The notes under the pieces were generated by a model. The model saw only the letters and a list, made by a program, of their open reading frames with translations, was not told the DNA's origin and did no database searches. A DNA stretch of 63,940 nucleotides, filler included. It is 5 parts of 5 records of this genome, joined end to end, with 100 filler letters (N's around TTAATTAATTAA, not from the genome) between each part and the next. Parts side by side here need not be neighbours in the genome. Positions count along the whole stretch, not along the records: positions 11,273 to 36,903 come from SRR2962707_2450; positions 37,004 to 51,296 come from SRR2962707_2455; 3 more parts are not named here. One strand, 5' to 3'. The position numbers and the translations under genes are program-made. Shown one piece after another: positions 29,066 through 37,935 of the stretch (position 1 is the first letter of the stretch; every line of letters begins with the position of its first letter).

Positions 29066-29902
29066 ATGGCCTTGGATAACGCGAATAAGTGGCTGGGCAA
29101 GGAGCAGATCCAGGACGACAGTCTGGACCTTCACGCCCTGGCCCGGGTGACCGCCACACTTGGCGGCGCCCCCCTGAGCACCGGAGACGCCCTTCCCCAT
29201 CTGTGGCAGTGGGCATTCTTTCAACCGGTTTCCGGCATGGACACCCTGGGGCCGGATGGCCATCCCCTCCCCGGTGATTTCCTGCCACCGATTCGCGACT
29301 GCCAACGTATGTGGGCCGGCGGCGAGGTGCGTTTCAACAGCCCGTTGCGCGCCGGGGTGCCGGCGCGGCGACACAGCCGGATCGAGGACATCAAGGAAAA
29401 ACACGGCCGCAGTGGCTCGCTCACCTTCATTACCGTGCGGCACCGCTACCTTCAGGACGACGAGGAGAAAGTGAGCGAGCGACAGGACATCGTGTACCGT
29501 GAACCGGTACCGCTGAAGGCCTCCATCGGTGAGCCCATGCCGGAGCTGCAGTGGGCCGATACCATCAAACCGGAAGCCACCCTGTTGTTCCGTTATTCCG
29601 CGGTGACCTTCAATTCCCACCGCATCCATTACGACTGGCCCTACACCACCGGAGAGGAAGGCTATCCGGGCCTGGTGGTACACGGACCTTTGATCGCCAC
29701 CCTGGTGATGCGAGCGTTTGACCAGGCCAATCCGGACAAAATCGCCAAGGTATTCCGCTATCGGGGCATTCGTCCGCTGATCGCGCCTGAGCCTTTTCAG
29801 GTCGGCGGTGTTATTGAGTCCCCCGGGGTTGCCCGGGTCATGGCCGGCAACGAACAGGGCCAGGCCCATGTCGGTGAAGTTGAATTCGAGGAGACCCGTT
29901 AA
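29066..29902 (+). CDS. ich: Double-hotdog hydratase, itaconyl-CoA / mesaconyl-C4-CoA hydratase-like
   Basis: LGPDGHP, RMWAGG, LLFRYSAVTFNSHRIHYD and GLVVHGPL motifs; first gene of an itaconate-type operon. ATG 29066 after GGAG. Confidence 0.82.
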   Translation: MALDNANKWLGKEQIQDDSLDLHALARVTATLGGAPLSTGDALPHLWQWAFFQPVSGMDTLGPDGHPLPGDFLPPIRDCQRMWAGGEVRFNSPLRAGVPARRHSRIEDIKEKHGRSGSLTFITVRHRYLQDDEEKVSERQDIVYREPVPLKASIGEPMPELQWADTIKPEATLLFRYSAVTFNSHRIHYDWPYTTGEEGYPGLVVHGPLIATLVMRAFDQANPDKIAKVFRYRGIRPLIAPEPFQVGGVIESPGVARVMAGNEQGQAHVGEVEFEETR

Positions 29903-31065
29903 TGATTCAGTACGATAAAGAAGCCCTGGATGCCATTCGCGACGGTGTACGCGGCCTGTGCGCCGGGTTCGACGACGCTTATTGGCGTGGCGTCGATGAG
30001 CGACAGGACTTCCCGGAAGAGTTTGTTACCGCACTGACTCAGGCCGGATGGCTGGCGGCGATGATCCCGGAGGAGTATGGCGGTTCCGGTCTGGGGTTGG
30101 CGGAAGCCTCGGTGATACTGGAAGAAGTGAATCGCTGTGGCGGCAACTCCGGCACCGTGCACGGCCAGATGTACAACATGTTCACGCTGCTGCGTAACGG
30201 CTCCGCCGAGCAAAAGGATCACTATTTGCCACGTATCGCCCGCGGCGAGCTGCGCCTGCAGTCCATGGGGGTCACCGAACCGACCACCGGGACCGACACC
30301 ACCAAGATCAAGACCACCGCGGTGCGCAAGGGCGACCGTTATGTCATCAACGGTCAGAAAGTCTGGATCTCCCGCATTCAGCATTCCGACCTGATGATCC
30401 TGCTGGCACGCACCACCCCGCTGGATCAGGTGAAGAAAAAAACCGATGGCATGTCCATCTTTCTGGTGGATCTGCACCAGGCCATCGGCAATGGCATGAC
30501 GGTCCAGCCGATCGCCAACATGGTGCATCACGTCACCAATGAGTTGTTCTTCGACAATCTGGAAATTCCCGCCGAGGCGCTGATCGGCGAGGAAGGCAAG
30601 GGCTTCCGCTATATCCTGGATGGCCTCAACGCCGAGCGCACGCTGATCGCCGCGGAGTGCATCGGCGATGGCCGCTGGTTCATCGACAAGGCCAGCCGCT
30701 ATGCCCGTGACCGGGAAGTGTTCGGCCGCCCGATCGGCAAGAACCAGGGCATTCAGTTTCCCATTGCCGAAGCGCACATCGAAGTGGAGGCCGCCGACCT
30801 GATGCGCTGGCGTGCCTGTGAACAATACGATTCCGGCCTCAATGCCGGCGCCGCCGCCAACATGGCCAAATACCTGGCGGCCAAGGCGTCCTGGGAAGCC
30901 GCCAACGTGTGCTTGCAAACCCACGGCGGTTTCGGCTTCGCCTGCGAATACGACGTGGAACGGAAATTCCGTGAAACCCGCCTGTATCAGGTGGCTCCGA
31001 TTTCCACCAATCTGATTCTCTCTTACGTGGCCGAGCACCTGCTCGAACTGCCACGGTCCTTCTAA
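29902..31065 (+). CDS. Acyl-CoA dehydrogenase, methylsuccinyl-CoA dehydrogenase-like by context
   Basis: SMGVTEPTTGTDT, NGQKVWISR, LNAER, QTHGGFGF and LYQVAPISTN. Position matches the ACAD of the P. aeruginosa itaconate operon. Confidence 0.9.
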   Translation: MIQYDKEALDAIRDGVRGLCAGFDDAYWRGVDERQDFPEEFVTALTQAGWLAAMIPEEYGGSGLGLAEASVILEEVNRCGGNSGTVHGQMYNMFTLLRNGSAEQKDHYLPRIARGELRLQSMGVTEPTTGTDTTKIKTTAVRKGDRYVINGQKVWISRIQHSDLMILLARTTPLDQVKKKTDGMSIFLVDLHQAIGNGMTVQPIANMVHHVTNELFFDNLEIPAEALIGEEGKGFRYILDGLNAERTLIAAECIGDGRWFIDKASRYARDREVFGRPIGKNQGIQFPIAEAHIEVEAADLMRWRACEQYDSGLNAGAAANMAKYLAAKASWEAANVCLQTHGGFGFACEYDVERKFRETRLYQVAPISTNLILSYVAEHLLELPRSF

Positions 31066-31074
31066 GGAGCGAAC

Positions 31075-32427
31075 ATGAGCGACGCAACCCGGGCCCTGGC
31101 CTCGTTTCTCACCGAGCTGCGCTATGAGGACCTGCCGGAAGCGGTGGTGGCCCGCACCGAGGATCTGTTCCTCGACTGGCTGGGATCCTTGATCGCCGGC
31201 AGCGGTCAACACCCTATCCCGCTGTTCGCTGGCTATGCACGGCGCATGGGCCCCGCTTCCGGTGCTGTCCAGAATCTGGTGGACGGCACCAACACTTCCG
31301 CCTACTTCGCCGCGCTGGTCAACGGCGCCGCTTCCCATGTGGTGGAACAGGACGATCTGCACAACAGCTCGGTACTGCACCCGGCCACGGTGGTATTTCC
31401 CGCCGCCCTGGCGATGGCTCAGGAACAGGGCGGAAGCGGTCGTGATCTGATCGTCGCCTCGGTGGCCGGCTACGAGGCCGGCATTCGCATCGGCGAATTT
31501 CTCGGCCGCTCCCACTACCGCATCTTCCATACCACCGGTACCGTCGGCACCTTGGCGGCGGCGGTGGCCGCCGGCAAAATTCTGGGACTGGACCGGGACG
31601 GTTTCATCAACCTTCTCGGCAGTGCCGGTACCCAGGCCTCGGGCTTATGGGAATTCCTGCGCGACGCCGCCGACTCCAAGCAACTGCACACCGCCAAGGC
31701 AGCGGCGGATGGCGTGCTGGCCGCCTGTCTCACCGCCGATGGGCTGACCGGAGCACGCAATATCCTCGAAGGCGATCAGGGGCTCGCCGCCGGCTTGTCC
31801 CGGGACGCCGATGCCCGTTTTCTCGATGATCGCCTCGGCGAACGCTGGGCGCTGTCGGAAACCTCGTTCAAGTTCCACGCATCCTGCCGCCATACTCACC
31901 CGGCGGCGGATGCCCTGCTGGCGGTCATGCGGGAGCACGATCTCAAGGCGGATGACATCGAATCCGTCACCGCCCGGGTGCACCAGGGCGCCATCGATGT
32001 ACTCGGCCGCGTGGACATTCCGGCCACTATCCACCAGGCCAAGTTCTCCATGGGAACGGTGCTGGGCCTGATTGCGCTGCACGGCCATGCCGGTCTGTCG
32101 GAGTTTCACCAGATCCCACTGGACGATGCCGCGGTCGCCGCGTTTCGTGACAAGGTCACAATGCAGCTGGACGCCGAAGTGGACGGGGCCTACCCGGCGC
32201 GCTGGCTCGGCCGGGTGGATGTGGTCACCAGAGATGGCCGTACCCTGCACGGCAGCATCGATGAACCCAAAGGTGACCCGGGCAATACGCTGAACCGGGC
32301 GGAATTGGAAGATAAATTCCGTCGGCTGGCGCGTTTCGCCGGCACCCTTTCCGAGGACGCCATGGGCACCGTCATCGAGCGTGTCTGGACACTGCATGAC
32401 GCCGACAACGTCACTCCCCTGATTTGA
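31075..32427 (+). CDS. MmgE/PrpD family protein
   Basis: NGAASHVVEQDDLH..LHP, FHTTGT, SKQLH, KFHASCRHTH and PKGDP motifs. Confidence 0.92.
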   Translation: MSDATRALASFLTELRYEDLPEAVVARTEDLFLDWLGSLIAGSGQHPIPLFAGYARRMGPASGAVQNLVDGTNTSAYFAALVNGAASHVVEQDDLHNSSVLHPATVVFPAALAMAQEQGGSGRDLIVASVAGYEAGIRIGEFLGRSHYRIFHTTGTVGTLAAAVAAGKILGLDRDGFINLLGSAGTQASGLWEFLRDAADSKQLHTAKAAADGVLAACLTADGLTGARNILEGDQGLAAGLSRDADARFLDDRLGERWALSETSFKFHASCRHTHPAADALLAVMREHDLKADDIESVTARVHQGAIDVLGRVDIPATIHQAKFSMGTVLGLIALHGHAGLSEFHQIPLDDAAVAAFRDKVTMQLDAEVDGAYPARWLGRVDVVTRDGRTLHGSIDEPKGDPGNTLNRAELEDKFRRLARFAGTLSEDAMGTVIERVWTLHDADNVTPLI

Positions 32428-32517
32428 ACCGTGAGGACGCGGGGTTACCCCGCATCCCAGGGCCGCCGACCTGCCTTTGCCAGAGAAAGCGCCCATCGCA
32501 GCTGTAGGAGCACAAGA

Positions 32518-33714
32518 ATGAGTACCACCGCTTCTCCCCGGCCCCTGGACGGCATTACCGTGGTCAGCCTGGAGCATGCCATCGCCGCGCCGTTTTGTAC
32601 CCGCCAGCTGGCGGATATGGGCGCGCGGGTGATCAAGGTAGAGCGCCCCGGCGTCGGCGACTTCGCCCGTGGCTATGACGAACGGGTCCACGGTCTGGCC
32701 TCCCATTTCGTTTGGACCAACCGCTCCAAGGAAAGTCTGACGCTGGATCTGAAGCACGATACCGCCACCCCGGTACTGCAACGCCTGCTTGAACAAGCCG
32801 ACGTGCTGGTGCAGAACCTGGCTCCCGGCGCCGCCGCCCGCCTCGGACTGTCGTTCGAAGCACTGCACGAGCGCTTCCCAAAACTGATCGTTTGCGACAT
32901 CTCCGGTTACGGCGAAGGCGGCCCTTACCAGGACAAGAAAGCTTACGATCTGTTGATCCAGAGTGAGGGCGGCTTCCTGTCCGTCACCGGCACCCCGGAC
33001 GACATGGCCAAGGCCGGTTGTTCCATCGCCGACATTTCCGCTGGTATGTACGCCTACACTCATATCCTCAACGCTCTGCTGCTGCGCCAGAGCACCGGCA
33101 AAGGCAGCCGTATCGACGTTTCCATGCTGGAGAGCCTGGTGGAGTGGATGAACTACCCGCTCTACTACGCGTTCGAAGACGCCGAACCGCCGCCGCGCAC
33201 CGGCGCCGCCCACGCTACTATCTATCCTTACGGCCCATTCGACACCGGCGATGGCGGCACCGTGATGCTGGGACTGCAGAATGAGCGGGAATGGCGTGTG
33301 TTCTGCGAACAAGTCCTGCTACAGGCCGAGCTGGCCGACGATGAACGTTTTGCCTCCAATTCCCAACGGGTCCATAACCGGGCAGCACTGAAGTCACTGA
33401 TCCTGGGTGTCTTCGCGGAATTGGATGCCGAGGAAGTGATTCGCCGCCTCGATGATGCGCGCATCGCCAATGCTCATGTCAACGACATGCATGGTGTCTG
33501 GCGGCACCCGCAACTGGCCGCCCGGCAACGCTGGACCGAGATCGGCAGCCCCAGGGGGCCATTGCCGGCATTACTGCCTCCCGGAGCCAGCAATGCGTTT
33601 CAGCCGCGTATGGACGCCGTGCCGGACCTGGGCGAGCACAGCGCGGCTATTCTCGCTGAGCTGGGTTACGATGACGGCGATATCGAACAGTTCCAACAGG
33701 CGGGAGTAATCTGA
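32518..33714 (+). CDS. ict: CaiB/BaiF family III CoA-transferase, itaconate CoA-transferase-like
   Basis: HAIAAPFCTRQLADMGARVIKVERP, NRSKESLTLDLK and SIADISAG motifs. ATG 32518 after AGGAG. Confidence 0.82.
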   Translation: MSTTASPRPLDGITVVSLEHAIAAPFCTRQLADMGARVIKVERPGVGDFARGYDERVHGLASHFVWTNRSKESLTLDLKHDTATPVLQRLLEQADVLVQNLAPGAAARLGLSFEALHERFPKLIVCDISGYGEGGPYQDKKAYDLLIQSEGGFLSVTGTPDDMAKAGCSIADISAGMYAYTHILNALLLRQSTGKGSRIDVSMLESLVEWMNYPLYYAFEDAEPPPRTGAAHATIYPYGPFDTGDGGTVMLGLQNEREWRVFCEQVLLQAELADDERFASNSQRVHNRAALKSLILGVFAELDAEEVIRRLDDARIANAHVNDMHGVWRHPQLAARQRWTEIGSPRGPLPALLPPGASNAFQPRMDAVPDLGEHSAAILAELGYDDGDIEQFQQAGVI

Positions 33715-34536
33715 ATGGCCTTGAGAGCGTCCCGTGATGCCCGCACCATGCTGTTCGTGCCCGCCACCCGTCTGGAGCGGGTGGCCAAGGCCCAGGCCAG
33801 CGGCGCGGACCTGGTGATCATCGATCTTGAAGATGCGGTGGCCGAGGCGGACAAAGCCGAAGCTCGCCGCGCCCTGGCCGATTTCCTCGAGCAAGCCACG
33901 ACGCCCTTGTTCGTGCGCATGAATGGCGCCAGCACGGATCACTTCGAAGCAGATATTGCCCTGTGCTCCCAAGCCGATGCGGTACACGGCATCATGCTGC
34001 CGAAGACCGAAAGCGCCGGGGATGTTCAGCGCGCCCGCATCGATGGCAAGGCGCTGTGGCCACTGGTGGAAAGCGTACGTGGCGTGATCAACATTCCACA
34101 CATCGCCGCCTGCGATGGCATCGAACGGCTCACCTTTGGGGCCTTGGATCTGAGTCTGGATCTGGGTGCCGAAGCCGGCAGCGAAGGTGCCGTCACCATC
34201 CTGGACCAATGTCGTGCTCAACTGATCCTGCACAGCCGGCTGAACGGTCTTGCCGGACCGGTGGAAAGCGTGGAGCCCGATTTCCGTAACACGGAGAAAG
34301 TCGCGGCAGTCGCACTGCGTGCCGCGCAAATGGGATTTACCGGCATGCTCTGCATTCATCCCGGGCAGATCGAACCGGTGCGGCGGGCCTTTTCCCCCAC
34401 CAGCGAGCAACTGGAGTGGGCCCGTCGAGTGGTGGACGGTGTCGCCGAACACGGTGCCACTTTCCAGTTGGACGGACAGATGGTGGATGAGCCAGTGATT
34501 CAACGAGCCCGTCGCTTGATCGCCGCGGCGGGCTGA
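33715..34536 (+). CDS. ccl: CitE-family CoA ester lyase, (S)-citramalyl-CoA lyase-like
   Basis: LFVPA, IIDLEDAV, VRMN, MLPK, LVES, FGALD, CIHPGQI and DGQMVDEP motifs; follows ict. Confidence 0.8.
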   Translation: MALRASRDARTMLFVPATRLERVAKAQASGADLVIIDLEDAVAEADKAEARRALADFLEQATTPLFVRMNGASTDHFEADIALCSQADAVHGIMLPKTESAGDVQRARIDGKALWPLVESVRGVINIPHIAACDGIERLTFGALDLSLDLGAEAGSEGAVTILDQCRAQLILHSRLNGLAGPVESVEPDFRNTEKVAAVALRAAQMGFTGMLCIHPGQIEPVRRAFSPTSEQLEWARRVVDGVAEHGATFQLDGQMVDEPVIQRARRLIAAAG

Positions 34537-34681
34537 TTTCCCTCCATCAGGGGCCTTGTAGCTACCTCCGAATTTATATCTCCAAGGCCGGAAGAACAGC
34601 TTCGTCGCTTCCGACGATGCCGCCCGCCGCCGAGACACTGCTACTCTGTTGACTCATAACCAGAACAACGGTGGGTGCGGA

Positions 34682-35719
34682 ATGAAGGACTGGCAATCGC
34701 TCGTCGATCTGCGGGCACTGAACACCTGGATGGAACAGCAGGGTCTGGGCAAAGGCGGTATCGAGAATCCCCTGCCGCTGGCCGGCGGCACCCAGAACCT
34801 GCTGCTGCGCTTCCAACGTGATGGCAAGGACTATGTTCTGCGCCGCCCGCCCCGCCATCTACGCGCCAATTCCAACGACACCATGCGGCGGGAGATGCGC
34901 CTACTCGCCGCGCTGTCCGATACCAAGGTGCCTCATCCCCGCTTGCTCGCCGCCTGCCCCGAGGAAGACGTGATTGGTGTTTCGTTCTATTTGATGGAGC
35001 CCATCGATGGCTTCAACGCCACCTGCGATTTTCCCGAGTCCCACGGCACCAGCTCCGACTGGGTGCACCGCATGGGCCTGTCCCTGGTGGAAGGGATCAC
35101 TGCCCTCGGCGCGGTGGATTACGAAAAAGTCGGACTGAGTGGCTTCGGCAAGCCCGAGGGTTTTCTGCAGCGGCAGGTACCCCGCTGGCGCGCACAGCTG
35201 GAGAGCTATCAGGCGTTTGCCGAATGGCCCGGCGCCGGTGGTATTCCCGGCGTGGATCGCGTCGGACAATGGTTGGAACGTCATCGGCCCGATACGTTTC
35301 AGCCCGGCATCATTCATGGCGACTACCATCTCGCCAACGTGCTTTACTGCCATGAACGTCCGGAACTGGCCGCCATTGTCGACTGGGAACTGACCACCAT
35401 CGGCGATCCGCTTATCGACCTTGGCTGGCTCCTGGCCACCACACCGGACCATCTGGATCTGCGGATCAATCAGAAAGGCGACACCCTGGGCACGGCCTTC
35501 CCTGGCCGGCAAGCAATGATCGAACATTACCGCGCCCGCAGCGATCGCGACCTCAGCCACATCGAATGGTACGGCGTACTGGCATGCTACAAGCTCGGCC
35601 TGATCCTGGAAGGCACCTACGCGCGGGCCTGTGCCGGCAAGGCCCCGATGGAAACCGGCGAGCGCCTGCATAACCGCACCATTACGCTGTTCGAGCGCGC
35701 CCTGGGCTGGATCTCCTGA
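34682..35719 (+). CDS. APH-like phosphotransferase family protein (ACAD10/11 kinase-like)
   Basis: GGTQN, YVLRRPP, IHGDYHLAN and IVDWELTTIGDPLIDLGW motifs. Confidence 0.9.
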   Translation: MKDWQSLVDLRALNTWMEQQGLGKGGIENPLPLAGGTQNLLLRFQRDGKDYVLRRPPRHLRANSNDTMRREMRLLAALSDTKVPHPRLLAACPEEDVIGVSFYLMEPIDGFNATCDFPESHGTSSDWVHRMGLSLVEGITALGAVDYEKVGLSGFGKPEGFLQRQVPRWRAQLESYQAFAEWPGAGGIPGVDRVGQWLERHRPDTFQPGIIHGDYHLANVLYCHERPELAAIVDWELTTIGDPLIDLGWLLATTPDHLDLRINQKGDTLGTAFPGRQAMIEHYRARSDRDLSHIEWYGVLACYKLGLILEGTYARACAGKAPMETGERLHNRTITLFERALGWIS

Positions 35720-35769
35720 GCGCGGCCTTCATCTCGGAACAATCATTCCGGAATAATGTGGAGAACGAT

Positions 35770-36507
35770 ATGAACGATCTGGATTTCAGCGGGAAAACCG
35801 TTTTGGTGGTGGGCGGCTCCAGTGGTATCGGCAACGGGATCGCTCAGGCTTTCCGCCGGCGCGGCGCCGATGTGCACGTCTGGGGTACTCGTGCCAGCGC
35901 CAGCGACTACGCTGGTGACGAAGGATCCGACCTTGACGGCCTTGGCTACTCCCAGGTGGATGTCTCCGACATCGACGCCATTGAACGCCTCACCCCGGCC
36001 TTCTCCCAACTGGATATTCTGATTCAATGTCAGGGCACGGTGGCCTATCGGCGCGGTGAGTTCGAGCGGGAAGGCTGGGACAAAGTGATCGCGGTAAACC
36101 TCGATAGCCTGCGTGCCTGTGCCATGAAGTTCCATTCCATGCTGCACGAAAGCCGGGGGAACATGATCGTGGTCAGTTCCACCGCCGCCTTCCATTCCAC
36201 CCGCGGCAATCCCGCCTACAACGCTTCCAAGGCTGGCGCCGTGGCCCTGGTACGGACTCTTGGGGAAGCCTGGGCCAGCGACGGCATCTCGGTGAACGGC
36301 ATTGCTCCAGGCCTGGTCGCCACCAAGCTGACCACCGTGACCACCGAAAACCCCAAACGTCTGGAGGCTTCCCTGGCCAATATTCCCGCCGGACGCCTCG
36401 GCACTCCGGCGGACATGGCCGGCGCCGCGCTGTTTCTGGCTTCCCCGCTGGCGGACTACATTCGCGGCCAGACCCTGGTGGTGGACGGCGGACTTATCCT
36501 GTCCTGA
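35770..36507 (+). CDS. Short-chain dehydrogenase/reductase
   Basis: GGSSGIG, YNASK catalytic motif, VNGIAPG and GQTLVVDGG. Confidence 0.93.
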   Translation: MNDLDFSGKTVLVVGGSSGIGNGIAQAFRRRGADVHVWGTRASASDYAGDEGSDLDGLGYSQVDVSDIDAIERLTPAFSQLDILIQCQGTVAYRRGEFEREGWDKVIAVNLDSLRACAMKFHSMLHESRGNMIVVSSTAAFHSTRGNPAYNASKAGAVALVRTLGEAWASDGISVNGIAPGLVATKLTTVTTENPKRLEASLANIPAGRLGTPADMAGAALFLASPLADYIRGQTLVVDGGLILS

Positions 36508-36572
36508 CAGGCTGATTCCGCTTTTGCCAATCACTTTTCCCAGTCTCTTTTTCCCAAAAAAGGGGAGCTTCC

Positions 36573-36903
36573 ATGAACTTCGATCATTCCGAACAAACCC
36601 TGGAGCTGCTGGCGCGCCTGCAGCGCTTCATGGACACCTATATCGCGCCACGGGAACAGGAACAACATGACTGGGTCACCGACCCGGCCAGGGTCTGGCA
36701 ACCCTGGCCCGGACTTGAGGAACTGAAGGAAAAGGCCCGCGCCGAAGGTCTGTGGAATCTGTTCCTGCCGAAAGAGTACGGTGATCTCAGCCCCGGACTC
36801 AGCAATCTGGAATACGCGCCTCTGTGTGAAATCATGGGGCGAATTCCCTGGTCCGCCGAGGTGTTCAACTGCTCCGCCCCGGACACCGGCAACATGGAAG
36901 TGC
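36573..36903 (+). CDS. Acyl-CoA dehydrogenase (ACAD10/11-type), N-terminal part, truncated at contig end
   Basis: LKEKARAEGLWNLFLP, LSNLEYAPLCE and FNCSAPDTGNMEV motifs. Confidence 0.9.
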
Positions 36904-37003
36904 NNNNNNNNNNNNNNNNNNNNNNNNNNNNNNNNNNNNNNNNNNNNTTAATTAATTAANNNNNNNNNNNNNNNNNNNNNNNNNNNNNNNNNNNNNNNNN
37001 NNN
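36904..37003. other. Artificial contig linker
   Basis: 44 N + TTAATTAATTAA + 44 N. Confidence 0.99.
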
Positions 37004-37164
37004 AGCATAAACGCTAAATTTTCACACTGCAAATCGATTCAGGGGGTTATGCGCACTTGACCCTTGATCTCTCGCAACCGACGATAGACAAGAAGGGGGC
37101 ATTTGATCCACCAAATATCCATGAATTTTGATCGCCATGCTGGTCGATCATAGGAGCAACGAAT

Positions 37165-37935
37165 TTGAGCCTGACAGCAAAGATCGGTGTCGCATTGTTT
37201 CTGGTGCTGGCAGCCGCGCTAAGCATGACCACAATGCTTAATTATCTGCGTTTCGAGCAGACATTGCGGACGTTGCTTACCCAGCGGATCAATGTTGTCA
37301 GCAATGAAACCACGCAGGATCTTCTTGCCGGGATTGATCTTGGGCTTCGTTTGGAAAACATGGAAAACCTTGACGCGATTCTTGACCGTCGCCTTGGCAT
37401 GTCATCGGAAATTACCCGCATCACGGTTGCCAACTGTCAGGGCGCCTCAATTGCACAAGCCTCCAAATCTTCGGAAGAAAATGTAACTCCCCCGGCCTCG
37501 CTTAACAATCAGGCGGGATCAAGCTGGACCAATTTTGGCAAAGAAGGTGTGATCACCGGGACAACATTGCGTGATAGCCTTGGCCAATGTGCGGGTATTC
37601 TGACAATCACTGCTGACAGCACAAACTATTTCCGAAAACTGGACGGGGCATATGCCGAAATGTGGAAATCGGCCGCAATCGGGATGCTTGCTATTATTCC
37701 TGTGCTGGGACTTCTTTTCATCTTGATGCGCCGCCGCCACCGCGTTTTTTCAGACCTTCACGAAGATATCGAGCGCGCCCTTTCCGGCCAAAAAGGTACA
37801 GGATCCAGTCACGACAAAGATGCCCTGACGGAAAGCGAAATGGAACTGATTGCGCTTTATCGCGAACTTCGTGATCAGTTGCCAAACAACGCCCCGCTAA
37901 CAAACGGTGATGTTTCTTCGGAGAAACCCAAATGA
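37165..37935 (+). CDS. Two-TM membrane protein with a periplasmic sensor-like domain and no output domain
   Basis: TTG start after AGGAG; TM1, ~150-aa soluble region, TM2 followed by RRRHR, short tail; ATGA overlap with the next gene. Confidence 0.8.
   Translation: MSLTAKIGVALFLVLAAALSMTTMLNYLRFEQTLRTLLTQRINVVSNETTQDLLAGIDLGLRLENMENLDAILDRRLGMSSEITRITVANCQGASIAQASKSSEENVTPPASLNNQAGSSWTNFGKEGVITGTTLRDSLGQCAGILTITADSTNYFRKLDGAYAEMWKSAAIGMLAIIPVLGLLFILMRRRHRVFSDLHEDIERALSGQKGTGSSHDKDALTESEMELIALYRELRDQLPNNAPLTNGDVSSEKPK

Noticed and set aside
34682-35719. Aminoglycoside resistance kinase
   Set aside because: Motifs and context match the ACAD10/11-associated metabolic phosphotransferases.
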